A stretch of DNA of 64,000 nucleotides, taken from the NCBI RefSeq assembly GCF_963921235.1, contig NC_086097.1:183460001-183524000 (forward strand), read 5' to 3'. Below are positions 13,352 to 26,733 of the stretch, piece by piece. Under the pieces are notes generated by a model. That model had not been told where the DNA came from and searched no databases. It worked only from the letters and a program-made list of their open reading frames with translations. How positions within the stretch are numbered: the first letter of the stretch is position 1; every line of letters starts with the position of its first letter. A program made the translations under genes and the position numbers. The DNA comes from Mobula hypostoma. Taxonomy: Eukaryota.

Positions 13352-13778
13352 AAGCAACACACATAAAAGTTGCTGGTGAATGCAGCAGGCCAGGCAGCAT
13401 CTCTAGGAAGAGGTACAGTCGATGTTTCGGGCCGAGACCCTTCGTCAGGACTAACTGGAAGAAGAGCTAGTAAGAGATTTGAAAGGTGGAGGGGGAGATC
13501 CAAAATGATAGGAGAAGATAGGAGGGGGAGGGATGGAGCCAAGAGCTGGACAGTTGATTGGCAAAAGGGATATGAGAGGCTGTGATAGCGAGTCTGAGTC
13601 AAAATGTGGTGGAAAAGTTGAAGAGCCGAAGAAATTACAGATGGGGAGCAGTGACAGATGGTTTCACTGAACTCCGTCGAAGAGAAGATTTAAACTTCTT
13701 CAGTGTAGGCATCACCGGAAGAGGCTTCGCAGTAGTGAATTTAAAAATGCAACCACGAGGAAATCTGCAGTTGCTTAG
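13352..13778 (-). mobile_element. Internally deleted Penelope inserted in the Gypsy gag-protease junction
   Basis: ORF N-terminus (..ALQLFHHILTQTRYHS) is fused directly to a 3' pLTR very similar to 35850-36080. It interrupts the host reading IPERL|VGPNS. Confidence 0.8.
13417..13452 (-). ncRNA. Minimal type I hammerhead ribozyme motif (Penelope)
   Basis: AGTC-CTGACGA-AGGGTCTCGGCCC-GAAA-CA-TC-GACT. The stem III palindrome is mutated. Confidence 0.7.
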
Positions 13779-16604
13779 TGGGACCAAACTCTGATGTATC
13801 CATATGAATTGAAAATGTTTATTCTAGAGCCATACTTGTCACAGGTTCTCAAATTACTTTGGTTTATAGATCCTTTTACAACACATTTGCCATCGATGCC
13901 CACTCAGTGCCTTTGAGATTCGGGGGCTGTCGAGTATCCATACGATGGTTACTTGTCGTTGACGCTGGAGTTTTCAGAAGCAGACGTTGAAGTAACTGAG
14001 ACCGTTAACACAGCAGCGTTGGTCTGCCCGGACCCAGTTATAAAGGGTGGAGCTTCCATTCTTGTGGGAACAAAAACTGCTGCTGTGAGAAGGCTCATGG
14101 GAGCATGCAAGGGGAGAATTTTTTGAAAACCTTGTCCATTCATTCTGTATTCAGAACCGCTTTTGAGAAGGTGCGAGTTCCTCTTAAGCAGGATGATGAG
14201 CAGAAACGAGGAACTGTGTGGTACATCCAGTCTAGACCTGTCACATTACGTCTTACAGGAGTAGCTAGAATGACAAGAATCCCCAAATTTCCCCAACTGT
14301 CCAAGGAATGGAAAAGGAGATTAACTAAGAAGTTGTTGGGACGTGAAGATGCGTTTTCCATTGACAAGTCTGATGTAGGTTACTTCAAGAGTACTTGCCA
14401 GACTATTAGAGGACACCCCTTTCTGAGAGAGGTCTTGCCAGTTAGCACCAGCAGAGGTTGAGATGTTTGGCAGCACCAATTAAACTGAAGGGAGTCAAGT
14501 TCAATCATGGAGCCGGGGGGGTGGGGTAAGCCTGAGCCACCAGAACATATGAGTGATAGACAGGGGGAGGCACCCTCTAGTAGACAAGAAGGGTTACAAG
14601 GGGTGGTTGAAGCTGGAGGAGCCAAAGATGAGATAAGGAAGTCTCAAGGAGTTAGGAAACCCACAGAGAGACCATGGTGCACCAGGGGAACAGAGTGTTG
14701 TGTCTATCCTCCTAGTGAGGTATGTCACTACCATTGCAGGTCATGTTGTCACAAGATTCCTGTGAAAATTCTGTTGTTAATGATGGGTTGGTAAATTTCA
14801 AAGTCATGAGGACATGACTATTTATGATTGGGGGGGTGGGGTATAACACCCTGGTTAAGATTTTACTGCTAATATTGTAGGGTATTTCAGTTATGGTTTT
14901 CAGTAAAAGCAATGTGTTCTGCTGGTAGTGTTTGCACTACTGTTAAAGATAAGGGGTTGTGATGTTCACACCTAGGAATGTAGTGACATCCAATCAGGTT
15001 GGTGGAATTGGGAGAAGATTCTAGAGAACGCTGGGTGGAGACGTTTTGGTGACAGACTCTGGGGTGGGTCGAGGTCTTTTTGGCAGGAGCTAGGATAGGA
15101 GGGGAGATGGCTGAGGATGCCGTCCCTGTTGCACAAGTTGCTTTGTGCAGATGAATGGCTTCAAGGAATAAGGACCAATACTCCTTTGGTGGAACTCATT
15201 TGGTGGAACCCATCTCATTTGTTCGAGATGGATTTCGAGTGACACTTAGAAGGTGGTGTGTGCTTTCACACAGACCATGGGTTCAGAGCATGAGCTAAAG
15301 ACAAATTCAAGATGAGCTCCAACTTGTGTGCACATTTGAACAGGGTTAACTATAATGGGCTCTTTTTATTTTTTGTTTTCTTTTTCCTACTAACTGTTCG
15401 ATAAAGGTGAAATTTGTAAATATACTTTCTTTATAATTGTATGCAGGGTGCGATATTATTTCTTGCCGACGGGCAATATTAACACAGTATTCATTCCAAT
15501 TGGGGTGCGGGTGAACGAAACATTCCGACTTTCCTGGTCTGGTGGGACCCAAGTCATATCGATCCTAGACGTACAGAGTTCAAGGAAGGTGATTTTCTTA
15601 CCTCCGAGTCCATTGGCTTGTTAGTGAGAAGCTAACCAGCCATGCTTCTAGAGACACCTAGTAAAAAGGGGTTTCAATTGCTTTCAAACACTAATTATAA
15701 TTTTTTTGGCTTAATTATAATGTAAATAAAATTACATATAAATGCAAGCATTTAAATTTAGGTTATATTAATTATTAAATCATAAAGTTAAAAATGTATG
15801 GGAATGGGCATGAACTCAGTCCTGTTAGCTTTGTTATCTCAGAAGTTGCATATACCATCAATTGATGAATTTAAAATTTTGAGAAACAAGCATGTAAGCC
15901 AATAGCAAATGCACATATGTGAATGCCAAACTATCCCAAATAAAAGTGAATGGCTCAAACTAGCAGAGAAAAAGCTACATTTTTGTTGATCTACCTGATC
16001 TCTAACCTGTTGCTAAATATATCAAGCTGATCTAACACATTATCATAGTTTACACCAAACTGCAAAATGGTCTTTATAATGATTGCAAACACATATAATT
16101 ATCCAGTTTACAAGTCAGAGGGCAATAGGACAGATAAGTGACAGGGGTCAGTACCTTACTGGGGTGAAGTATTCCTGGCACAATCTGTAATATTTTTCCC
16201 AAAAAACTCTAATGGGTTGTTGTCATTGAAAACAAAATTATTTCACATTTTAAACCACGAAAGTCACTAGTCAACTTTACAGAATGATATGAAACAATCT
16301 AGTTATTGCTGATTTTGCACATCACTCTGATAAAAGTCTGTTGTAAGGCACAGAACTTAACATTATGTGATCAGCAGCACATTGAATGATTGGCGACCAT
16401 GGGGATGGGTACGACTGGGATGGAGGGCTTAAAGTTTCATACTTAAGTAATACAACAGATCGTCAGAGATCCCTGTAATGTTATTAAAAATTCGAGTAGA
16501 CTAAGACTACAGATGCAGGAAATCCAAAAAAAAAATAAAAAAGGTAACGCTAGAAGCTCTCAGAGATCAAGCAACATCCATCAGGAGAGAAACAGTCAAT
16601 ATTT

Positions 16605-19170
16605 TACATAGAACATAGAACAGTACAACACCGGAACAGGTCCTTCAGTCCACAATGCCGAATCAGCTAAAAAGTAAATTTAAAAAATCTCAGAAATAAG
16701 CCCTACTACCTACACAATGTCCACATCCCACTATCTTCCTCCCATTCATGTGCCTATCTAAATACTAATAGTCTCTAATGTATTTGCTTCTACCACCATA
16801 CCAGGCAGTACATTCCAGGCATCCACTACTGAGCTTAAAAAGAAACTTACCCCTCACATCCCCTTTGAACCTACTCCATTTCATCTTCAGTGCATGCCCT
16901 CTGGTATTAGACATTTCTACCCTGGGAAAAGATACTCCCAGTCTACTCTATTTATGCCTCTCATAATTATATAAACCTCTATCTGATCTCCCCTCAGCCT
17001 CTGGCACTACAGAGAAAACAACCCAAGTTTGTCCAGTCCCTCGTCATAGCACATGCCCTCTAAACCGGGCAGCATCCTGGTAAACCTCTTCTGCACCCTC
17101 TCCAAAGCCTCAACATCCATCCTATAGTAGGGTGACCAGAACTATGCAATACTCCAAATGTAGCCCAAACCAGGTTTTATAAAGTTGCAAGATAACTCCT
17201 CAACTTTTGAATTCAATGCCTGGACTAATAAGATCATTCCATAAGCCTTCTTAACCACCCTATTGTCCTGTGTAGCCACTTTCAAGGAGATAAAAACTTA
17301 GACCTGCTCAGCAACGTTGTTAAGGATCTTGTCCTTAACAATGTACTGTCTCTTGCATTTGCCCTACGGAGATGCAACAGCTCACATTTATCTGAATTAA
17401 ACTCCATCTGTCATTTCCCTGCCCATATCTACAACTGATTTATATTGTGCTGTATTCTTTGCCAATTTTTTTTTACACCATCCACAACTCTACCAATCTT
17501 GGTATCATCCGCAAACTTACTAACCATCCATCTACATTTTCATCCAAGTCATTTATGTTCATCACAGACAGCAGAGACCATAGCACAGGCCCCTGCAGAA
17601 CACCATTATTTATAGACCACCGCTCGAATAAGTCCCTTCAACCACTACCCTGTCTTCCATGTGCAAGCCAGTTCTGAATCCAAACAACCAATTCGCCATG
17701 GACCCCATGCACCCAGATCTTCTGGATTAGCCACCCGTGAGGCTCTTTGTCAAACACCTCACTAAAATTCATGTAGACAACATCCACTGCTCCATTTTCA
17801 TTAATCTCTCTCTTCACCTTGTCAAAAAACTCACTCAAGTTGGCAAGACATGGCTCGCCCCACACAAAGCCATTCTGGCTCTCCCTAATTAGGCCATGGG
17901 TTTCCAAATGCTCCTATGTATTATCCCCAAGAATAGTCTCCAGCAATTTCCCTGCAACTGATGTGAGACTCATCGATCTATAGATCCCAGGATTTTCCCT
18001 TCCTAAATAAAGATACATTAGACCTTGGCTGTGCCTAGAGAGGACATGTGATACTGGTCAAAACCCCAGCAATCTCATCTCTTGCCTCCCTCAATAACCT
18101 GAGGTAAGTCCCATCAGGCCCTGGGGACTTATCCACCTTAATACTCATTAGGAGATGCACACTTCCTCCTCTTTGCCTTAGCATACTGATACATTCAGCA
18201 ATGATCTCCTGGTTCTCTATGTCCCTTTCCTTGATAAATACTGAAGCAAAATACTCGTCAAGTACCTCACTCATATACTCCACATCCAAGCAAATGTTCC
18301 CCTTTTTATCCTACCTTCTCCCTAGTTATCCTTTTGCTCTTGACGCAAGTATAGAATGCCTTGGGATTCACTTAATCCTACTTGCCAAGGACTTTTTGTG
18401 GCTACTCCTGGCTTTCCTAATTCCCTTCTTGAGTTCTCTTCTGGCTTCTTTATAAACCTCATATGCTTTTTTTGATCCTGACTTCATAAGCTTTACATAC
18501 ATTTCCTTTTTCTTCTTGACTAAATTCATCACCTCTCTGGACATCCAAGGTTCTCTTATCTTTCGATCGCTGTCCTTCCTTCTAACATGAACATAAACTT
18601 TTCTGTTATCTGTGCAATTGTTCTTTAAACATCCTCCATGTGCCTGATGTGTACTTGCCATTAAAAAAGATACTCCCAATTAATGCTTCTTAGTTCCTGC
18701 CTAATGCCCTCGTAACTTGTCCTACTCCAATTTCAAATTCACAACTATCCTTATCTATAGCTCTTCTGAAAGTTAGGGTGTTGTGGTCTCTGTTCCCTAA
18801 CTGCTCACCGACTGAAAGGTCAGTCACCTGGCCAGGCTCATTACCCAATACCAGGTCCAGTACAGCCCCTCCTCTTGTAAAACCATTTACATATCGATTT
18901 AAGAAATCCTACTGGATACACTTAACAAATTCTTCCCCATCTAAACCCTTTACACTAAGATCCCAGTTTAAATTCTGGAAGTTGAAATCCCCTTATTATT
19001 TTCAAATATTTCCATATCTGTTTACATATCTGTTCCTCAAAGCTCCAGTGGCTATCAGGGGATCTGTAGCACGATCTCATCAGTCGATTGCACCCTTCCT
19101 ATTCCTGAGTGCTACCCAAATGGACTCCGTGTTTGAACTCTCCATTATGTCTCCCAAGTGCAGCTGTGAT
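16605..19170 (-). mobile_element. CR1 LINE, 5'-truncated and decayed
   Basis: DKSPGPDG, VDVVYMNFS..FDK and endonuclease remnants. (CATAGAA)n tail at 16605. Confidence 0.88.
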
Positions 19171-19249
19171 ATTGTAACTGATTAATTCATCACCTCTATC
19201 ATAATACTCTTAGCACACATATCAAACTATCTGACCCATCATACCTGTT

Positions 19250-20230
19250 GTTTCAATTTTGGATGAAAGAATCTTTATTTGAACTGGAAATAATTTTCCA
19301 AGTTAGAATTTGGAATGGATATATTGGGGTATCAACAGGCTGCCAGGCTATTAATATTAAAGCCTTCAGAATAATAGGATTGAGCAGATAACTCTTGATT
19401 TATGAAGGGAAAATCATGTTTGATTCATCTGAAATTCTTTTAGGATGTAATTAGTAGAATGGATAATGGGGAAATAACAGATGTGGTATATTTGAATTTT
19501 TCTGAAAAACTTTTGATAAGATTCTGCATTGAAAATGCAGAACAAGCTCAGAACACAGACTTAGTGGCAATATACTGACGTGGATTAAGAACTGGTTATT
19601 GGACAGGAGGTAAAAAGTATGAGTAAACATATCCTTGTCAGGTGTACTGGCTTTAATTAATGGGGCAGGGCACAGCAAGGTGGGGATGGACCCTAGCCAT
19701 TCACAAATTAGATCAATGATTTGGTGAAGGGGACAAAGTGACCTTTCCTTTTTTGCTGGCAAGAGTAATTTAGGTTGGATTGTGCGTCTAGAGACTTCAA
19801 TGGGATAAAGAGAAACCGTGAGAAGGTGATAAAATGGTAGATAGAATAAAATGAGCTCATCCATTTTGATGAATGTAATAGAAATGCAGAGCATTTCTAA
19901 TACAGTGAGAAAGTGGTTAAGTTGATAGTACTTAATCTTAGTATTCTCCTTGATAGGTTCAAGGAGACTCCTCCTGTGAGTGTATACAAATCAACAAAGG
20001 CTAATATATAGGTGCTGCAAGCAGTTGAGAGGGCAAATGATATATTTACCTTCATTAAAAGAGGTATTGATCAGAAGTAAGGAAGGTTTCTGTGATTATA
20101 TAAGGCCTTGGTGAAACACCACCTGAAGTACTTGTACAATTTTGGATTATTTACCCAAGAAATCATTACTTGCCATAGAGGAAGTGAAGCAAAGATTCAT
20201 TGACCTGATTCCAGATATGGCAGGTTTCAG
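19250..20230 (+). mobile_element. Old CR1 fragment
   Basis: Degenerate RT and C-terminal sequence alignable to 22000-22860. Confidence 0.65.
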
Positions 20231-23200
20231 AGATTTACAGAATGGGACATTCAGCTCATGATGTTTTGCCAACCTCGAGTCCAATTTATACTAAGTGCCC
20301 CTCACCCATGTATCATTGATATCCCATCATTCCTTTCATATTCATGTGTCCATCTAAAAGCTTCTTAAACTCCAACAAACTGCCTGATTCCATTACCACA
20401 CTGGCAACTACCACTCACGTATTAAAAAAAATTACCTCTCATATTGCCTTTCAACTTCTCTCCACTAAGCTTAAAAGAAATATCCTCCGCTGTTTGTCAG
20501 TTTACTTTGGGGAAAATATTTTGATTGTCTACTAATTATAGTTTTAAAACCTCTGTTAGGTCTCCTCTAGGGAAAAACAAACAGAATTTGTCCAATCTTT
20601 CCTTATAGCTCTTTGCTTATAATCCAGCCAGCAACCACTTCTGCACCTCTCCACAGTCTCCAGATCCTTCATACAATGAGGTGACCAGAACTGCAAGCAA
20701 TACTCCTAAAGTTTTACACAGCTGCAACATGAGTTCTTTGCTCTTATTCTCAACACCCCTACCAATGAAGGGAAGCATGTCATTCACCTTCTTTACCACC
20801 TTATTATCTAGTTGCATTGCCACATTCAGTGAACTGAACCATGGACCTGGACCTCAATATCGCTCTGTACCTTAACACTACGAAGGGGGTCTACCATTAA
20901 CTGTATACTTTCTCCTTTAATTTGACTTTGCAAAGTACAACACCACACACTTGCACAGATTAAACTTCATCTGCATTTCGCAACTGATCTGTAACTAATC
21001 TGTGCAATGATCCAGAGATGATAAGAGAGCTTAAGGTTAAGGAACCCTTAGGGAACAGTGATCACAATATGATCGAGTTCACATTGAAATTTGAAAGGGA
21101 AAACATAAAATCCAATGTGTCGGTATTTCAATGGAATAAAGAAAATTACAATGGCATGAGAGGGGTACTGGCCGAAGTTGACTCGAAAGGGACATTTGCA
21201 GGAAGGACAGCAGAGCAGCAATGGTTGGAATTTCTGTGAAAAATTAGGGAAGTGCAAGACAGATATATTCCAAATAAGAAGAAATTTACAAAGGGAAGAA
21301 GGATACTACCATGCCTGACAAGTGAAGTCAGAGCCAAAGTAAAAGGGAAAGAGGGTCATATAAGGAAGTCAGAGCTAGTGGGAAGATAGAGGATTGGAAA
21401 GCTTTTAAAAACTTGCAGAAGGAAACTAAGAAGGTCATTAGGAAGGAAAAGATGAATTATGAAAGGAAGCTGGTGACTAATATCAACGAAGATACTTAAA
21501 AAAGCTTTCAGTATATAAAGGGTAAAAGAGAGTTGAGGGTAAATATAGGACCAATAGAAAATGACGCTGGAGATATTGTAATGAGAGACGTAGAGATGGC
21601 AGAGGAACTGAATGCGTATTTTGCATCAGTCTTCATAGTGGAAGACTATGTGCAGTGAAAATTACGACTGAGAAGGTGCTCAGGAAGCTTAATGATCTGA
21701 GGGTGGATAAGTCTCCTGGACCTGATGGAGTGCACCCTCGGGTTCTGAAGGAAGTAGCTGGAGAGGTTGCGGAGGCATTAATGATGATCTTTCAAGAATC
21801 AATAGACTCTGGCATTGTACCGGACGACTGGAAAATTGCAAATGTTACTCCGCTATTTAAGAAGGGTGGGAGCCAGCAGAAAGGAAGCTATAGACCTGTT
21901 AGCCTGACATCAGTGGTTGGGAAGTTGTTGGAATCCATTGTTAGGGATGAGATTACAGAGTACCTGGAGGCATGTGAGAAGATAGGTCAAAGCCAGCATG
22001 GTTTCCTGAAAGGAAAATCCTGCCTGACAAACCTATTGCAATTCTTTGAGGAAATTACAACAGGGTAGACAAAGAAGATGCAGTAGACATGGTGTTCTTG
22101 GATTTTCAGAAGGCCTTTGACAAGGTGCTGCACATGAGGCTGCTTAGCAAGATAAGAGCCCATAGAATTACAGGGAAGTTACTAGCATGGGTGGAGGCTG
22201 CTTAGCAAGATAAGAGCCCATAGAATTACAGGGAAGTTACTAGCATGGGTGGAGAATTGGCTGGTTGGCTGAAAACAGGGAGTGGGAATAAAGGGATCCT
22301 ATTCTGGATGGCTGCCGGTTATTAGTGGAGTTCCACCGGGGCCGGTGTTGGGACCGCTGCTTCTTACAATGTATGTCAATGATTTGGAATACAAATAATG
22401 GACTTGTGGCTAACTTTGCCAATGATACAAAGATTGTTGGAGTGGGTAATGTTGAGGAAACAGAGAGCCTGCAGAGAGACTTAGATAGTTTAGGGTAATG
22501 GGCAAAGAAGTGGCAAATGAAATACAATATTGGAAAGTGTATGGTCATGCACTTTGGTGGAAGAAATAAACAGGCAGACTATTATTTAGATGTGGAGAGA
22601 ATTTAAAATGCAGAGATGCAAAGGGACTTGGGAATCCTTGTGCAAGATACCCTAAAGGTTAACCTCCAGGCTGAGTCAGTTGTGAAGAAGGCGAATGCAA
22701 TGTTGACATTCATTTCTAGAGGTATAGAATACAAGAGCAGGGATGTGATGTTGAGGCTCTAAGGCACCTGTGAGACCACACGGAGTTATTGGGTACAGTT
22801 TTGGGCTCCTTATTTTAGAAAGGATATACTGAGGGTTCAGAGAAGATTCATGAGAATGATTCCAGGAATGAAAAGGTTACTGTATGAGGAAAGTCTGGCA
22901 GCTCTTGGGCTGTATTCCTTGGAGTTCAGGAGAATGGGGAGGATCTCATGGAAACATTCCAAGTGTTAAAAGGCCTGAACAGATTAGACATGGCAAACTT
23001 ATTTCCCATGGTACAGGATTCTAGGACAAGAGGGCACGACTTCAGGATTGAAGGACGTCCATTTAGAATTGAAATGCGGAGAAATTACTTTAATCCGAGA
23101 GTGGTAAATTTGTGGAATTTGTTGTCATGAGCAGCTTGGAGGCCAAGTCATTGGGTGTATTTAAGGCAGAGATAGATAGGTTCTTGATTAGCCAGGGCGT

Positions 23201-23530
23201 CAAAGGGTATGGGGTGAAGGCAGGGGAGTGGGGATGACTGGAAGAATTGAATCAGCACATGATTGAACGGTGGAGCAGACTTGAGTGAATGGCCTGAGTA
23301 ACCCAAATGGCCTACTTCTGCTCCTATATCTTATGGTCTTATGTGATATACTGTATATCACACTGCATTCTTTGATAGTCTTTTACACTGTTAACAACTC
23401 CACTAAACTTGCCACCTACAAATCTGCTAAGCCACTCATCTCATTTTCATCCAAATCACTGATATACTGTATATCACAAACAAGAGGTCTCAGAACAATC
23501 CTTAAATAACACAAGCTCCAGGCAGAAGAC
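20230..23530 (-). mobile_element. Old CR1 3' fragment, interrupted by the CR1 at 20997
   Basis: VVKKVNDMLPFIGRGVENKSKELMLQL. Homology resumes after 23345. Confidence 0.65.
20997..23343 (+). mobile_element. CR1 LINE, 5'-truncated
   Basis: LGNSDHN, DKSPGPDG, WKIANVTPLFKKG, YRPVSLTS and QHGF..GKSCLTNL motifs. (CTTATGGT)-type tail. Confidence 0.92.
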
Positions 23531-24365
23531 AAGTTATACTTGGTAACAAGGCAGTGAAGCAAAGGTTCAAAAGGCTTGTACCTATATGATGGCAAGACTG
23601 TCAAATGAACAGATTGGGTTAACCAGGCATTCTTTCACTAAGAGTGTAAAAGAATGAGGGAATCTTGTTTGAAACAGATAAAATTCTGGAAACTATGCAT
23701 CCTAGATGCTAGATGTTCTCCCTGACTGGGGTTATCTAGAGTAAGAAGTCACAGTCACACGGTAAGGACTTAACCATTTAGGACTGAAGAGAAATTTCTA
23801 CACTCAGACAGTGTTAAGCCTACGACATACTACAGAGAGCAGTAGAGGCCAAGTGGCCAAATACATGCATGAAGAAAGCAGATGGAATTTCAGATACAAA
23901 AGACATGACGGGAAGTGGGGAGAGATCTGGAATATGGTATTGTAATGGAGAATCAGCCATTACTAGTTGCACTGAATGGCAGAGCAGGATCTAATTATGG
24001 TGCCCTGATATAATGTACTATTGAATTTAGAAATGTTAAGATTGCATCTACTAATGTGGTGCCATAGTACTGAAGCCTCGCAACTCTACTGATCCAGGCT
24101 TGACTCCATCCTTCAGTGCCTTGTGCAAAGTTTACGAGTTCTCCCTGGCTACTCCCAATTTCAAATCCCAAATATAGTTAACTTACAGCATCTGTCAGTG
24201 AATGGCAGTAGTTATCAGAGGTGGAGCATGTGGAGCCATGAAAAAGAATAACTTACAACTAAATAGGGGAGTAGATTGATGTGAGAACTGAATTTGATGG
24301 GCTGAATAGATACGTTAAACAAATGTCATAAACAACTATGAAAAATAACACTTTCATCTGCTCAC

Positions 24366-24600
24366 CTCTGCATGTCGATAATCCTGAATTAAAGCAAAAT
24401 GATCTGCAAAACTACTCAGGCCATATTTTAGATGAGGTGTTTCTGTATCAGCATACTCTCGGAGTTCTTTAACTAAGAGATCAGATTTATCACGCAGTCT
24501 TGCAGTTTTTCGTGTATAGGCTGCAAATAAGCTGCACAAGTCACCAAAGTGTTTTTCCACATTTGCAACAGTGCTCTGAATATACTTGGTTTGACTGTCC
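24366..24600 (-). CDS. CIBAR1: CIBAR1/FAM92A-like exon 2, FAM92 BAR domain
   Basis: polyT-CCAG acceptor and GAG|GTGAG donor, 235 nt. Encodes DSQTKYIQSTVANVEKHFGDLCSLFAAYTRKTARLRDKSDLLVKELREYADTETPHLKYGLSSFADHFALIQDYRHAE. TETPHLK is FAM92A-like; paralog CIBAR2 is not fully excluded. Confidence 0.93.
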
Positions 24601-25439
24601 CTGGAAAAAAAAATTCAAGATTGTTTAATGTCATTTAAAGCAAAAATTGGTTTTACTTTGAAAATAAAAAAATGAAGTATTCAGATATTTAATTTGAATT
24701 ATCATAAAGAATCTTTTATGACAAATGAGCAGTGTGTTGTGGTGTAATGTACACTTCTATGTATCAAGGTTGATCTTTCAAGCTCATTGTAGTTAAATTC
24801 AGTCTTATAAATTAGTGGTGGGACTTCGGATGGAAATTTGGAAGAAAGCAAATCCAGGCTTTTTGTGATCCTCCCGCCTTTTACTAAATTCTATCCAAGG
24901 CCAGAGACTACAGCATTCAGAACCACAATAATTTGCAATAAATCACCAAGGAAATGGTTGGTGGTAGGTGTGGAATACATCAATGTTCTTGTGGTTTAGT
25001 CACAGAGAAGTACATAGAAGTCCCAATGAGAGAGAGTGCAATACTTGATCCACTATTCAGGAATGATACAAGGCAGGTGACAGAAGTTTGTGTAGGGGAA
25101 CACTTTGCATCTAATGATCATAATGCCGTTAGTTTCAAAGTAAATATGGAAAAAGATAGGTCTAGTCTGCAAGTTGAGATTTTAAACTGGAGAAAGGCCA
25201 GTTTTAGTGGTATCATCAAAAATCTGGCAAGTGTGAATTGGGCTAGGCTACTTTCTAGCAAAGGTGTACTTGGTAAGTGGGAGGTCTTTAAAAGTGAAAT
25301 TTTGTGAGTACAAAGCTTATGTGTGCCTGTAAGAATAACAGTTAAAGATTACAGATTTAGGGAGCCTTGGTTTTCAAGAGATAGTGAGGCCTGATTAAGA
25401 AAAAAAAGGAGGTGCATAGTGGGTATAGGTGCTTACGAA

Positions 25440-26733
25440 CAATGTTCCCTCTAATTTTTAGTAGTCAGTGTGCACAAAAATCTTATCTTGTGCAATTTTT
25501 TTTCCTGTGACAAAAGTATGTACGCATTGAATGCGCACTTGGCACAGTTTATGTAGGTTTACAAAATATTTGACATAAAACTGCACAGAATAACAACAAA
25601 ATAACATACATATTTAAATCACTCAGTTATTTTTTCTCCCTCCTGTCTTTGGCACTTACCCATTATCTAGACTAATAGAACTTTCATCCAATTGATAGCT
25701 TTTGATTCTCATTAACATATCCAAATGACATTCACCTGAATGGTTTCTCAGCTTGTTTTTGAGTTGGTTCATTAGGCTAAAACCTCGCTCACAGTCTGCA
25801 CTTGACACAAAAAATTTCCCCCAATGTCCATCAATTGTGCAAGGTCGCAAAACTGTCACCATTTGAGTAAAGTTTGAAATCAGTTTGGATTTAATTTTTT
25901 CTTGGATGGAAAATTGAAATCATTAAACAGTCTAACTATTACAGTGTTTTCAGCTAGAAAACCATGATATTTTAGACATAAGGCATTAACGTTCATTGCC
26001 AAATGTGAAGTCACAATCTGCAATTGCAGAGAAATCAAAAGCTGACCATTCTTGTACCTCATCTTCAGGAAACCTTTCTTCTAAATGAACACAAAGGCTA
26101 TTTATAAAAGTCAACAGCAAACTTGTACCTATTGTGACATTTTCTTCACGTTGTTGGCTTAACAAAACTTTAACTTTGTCACTCCATGAAACATTGTCTC
26201 CCAGGTACTGCTTTCTTATCTTGTTAACTTTGCCTCGCGCATAATGAACTGAATCAATCGGTGTCAGGCCACTCTTTTGCAGATTCTTGCACAGTGCAGC
26301 CAGTTCAACAAAGACAGCACTTAAAACCCGTAAAGTTCTTTTACGCTTCACGCCGTTTGCTTCTTTTGAATTTGACATAGTGAATCAATATTTTTTTCAA
26401 TAAAAACTTAGTAAGCTATCTACAGGATTTGAAACAGATCTTTGTAAACATTATAATATGAACACTGTCCACCAAAGATGGCTGCTGCCGTGATGCAGCT
26501 GTACAAACCGGAACAGGAAAGGTGAGGTGACGTAAGTTAGTGACGTGCATGGTGGTATTTGAAAAACCGACTAACTAGTTAACAGAAACATTTAGCTAAA
26601 AGATTATTTTCAATAATTATTAATTACTACATTATTTTAGGTATCTAACCTTTTGTGCGCACATTAATTTCCTTTGTGCACTGGTTGAAAAACCTCTGCG
26701 CGCACACATGCGCACAGCTTAGAGGAAACATAG
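25440..26733 (-). mobile_element. Internally deleted hAT transposon
   Basis: TIRs CAATGTTCCCTCTAA / TTAGAGGAAACATAG. 8-bp TSD CTTACGAA/CTTATGAA. hATC motif SSADCERGFSLMN. Confidence 0.92.

Larger units (their letters stand above)
11250..15676 (+). mobile_element. Gypsy LTR retrotransposon with PNMA-like gag, pol largely deleted
   Basis: LTRs at 11250-12001 (TGTAA..TTTCA) and 14842-15676. Flanks GTTG/ATTG. Degenerate tRNA-Pro-like PBS at ~12004-12024, G-rich PPT at 14830-14841. Zinc knuckle CYNCGEDGCFKQEC and protease remnant LVTGSQIT near 13835. Confidence 0.9.
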
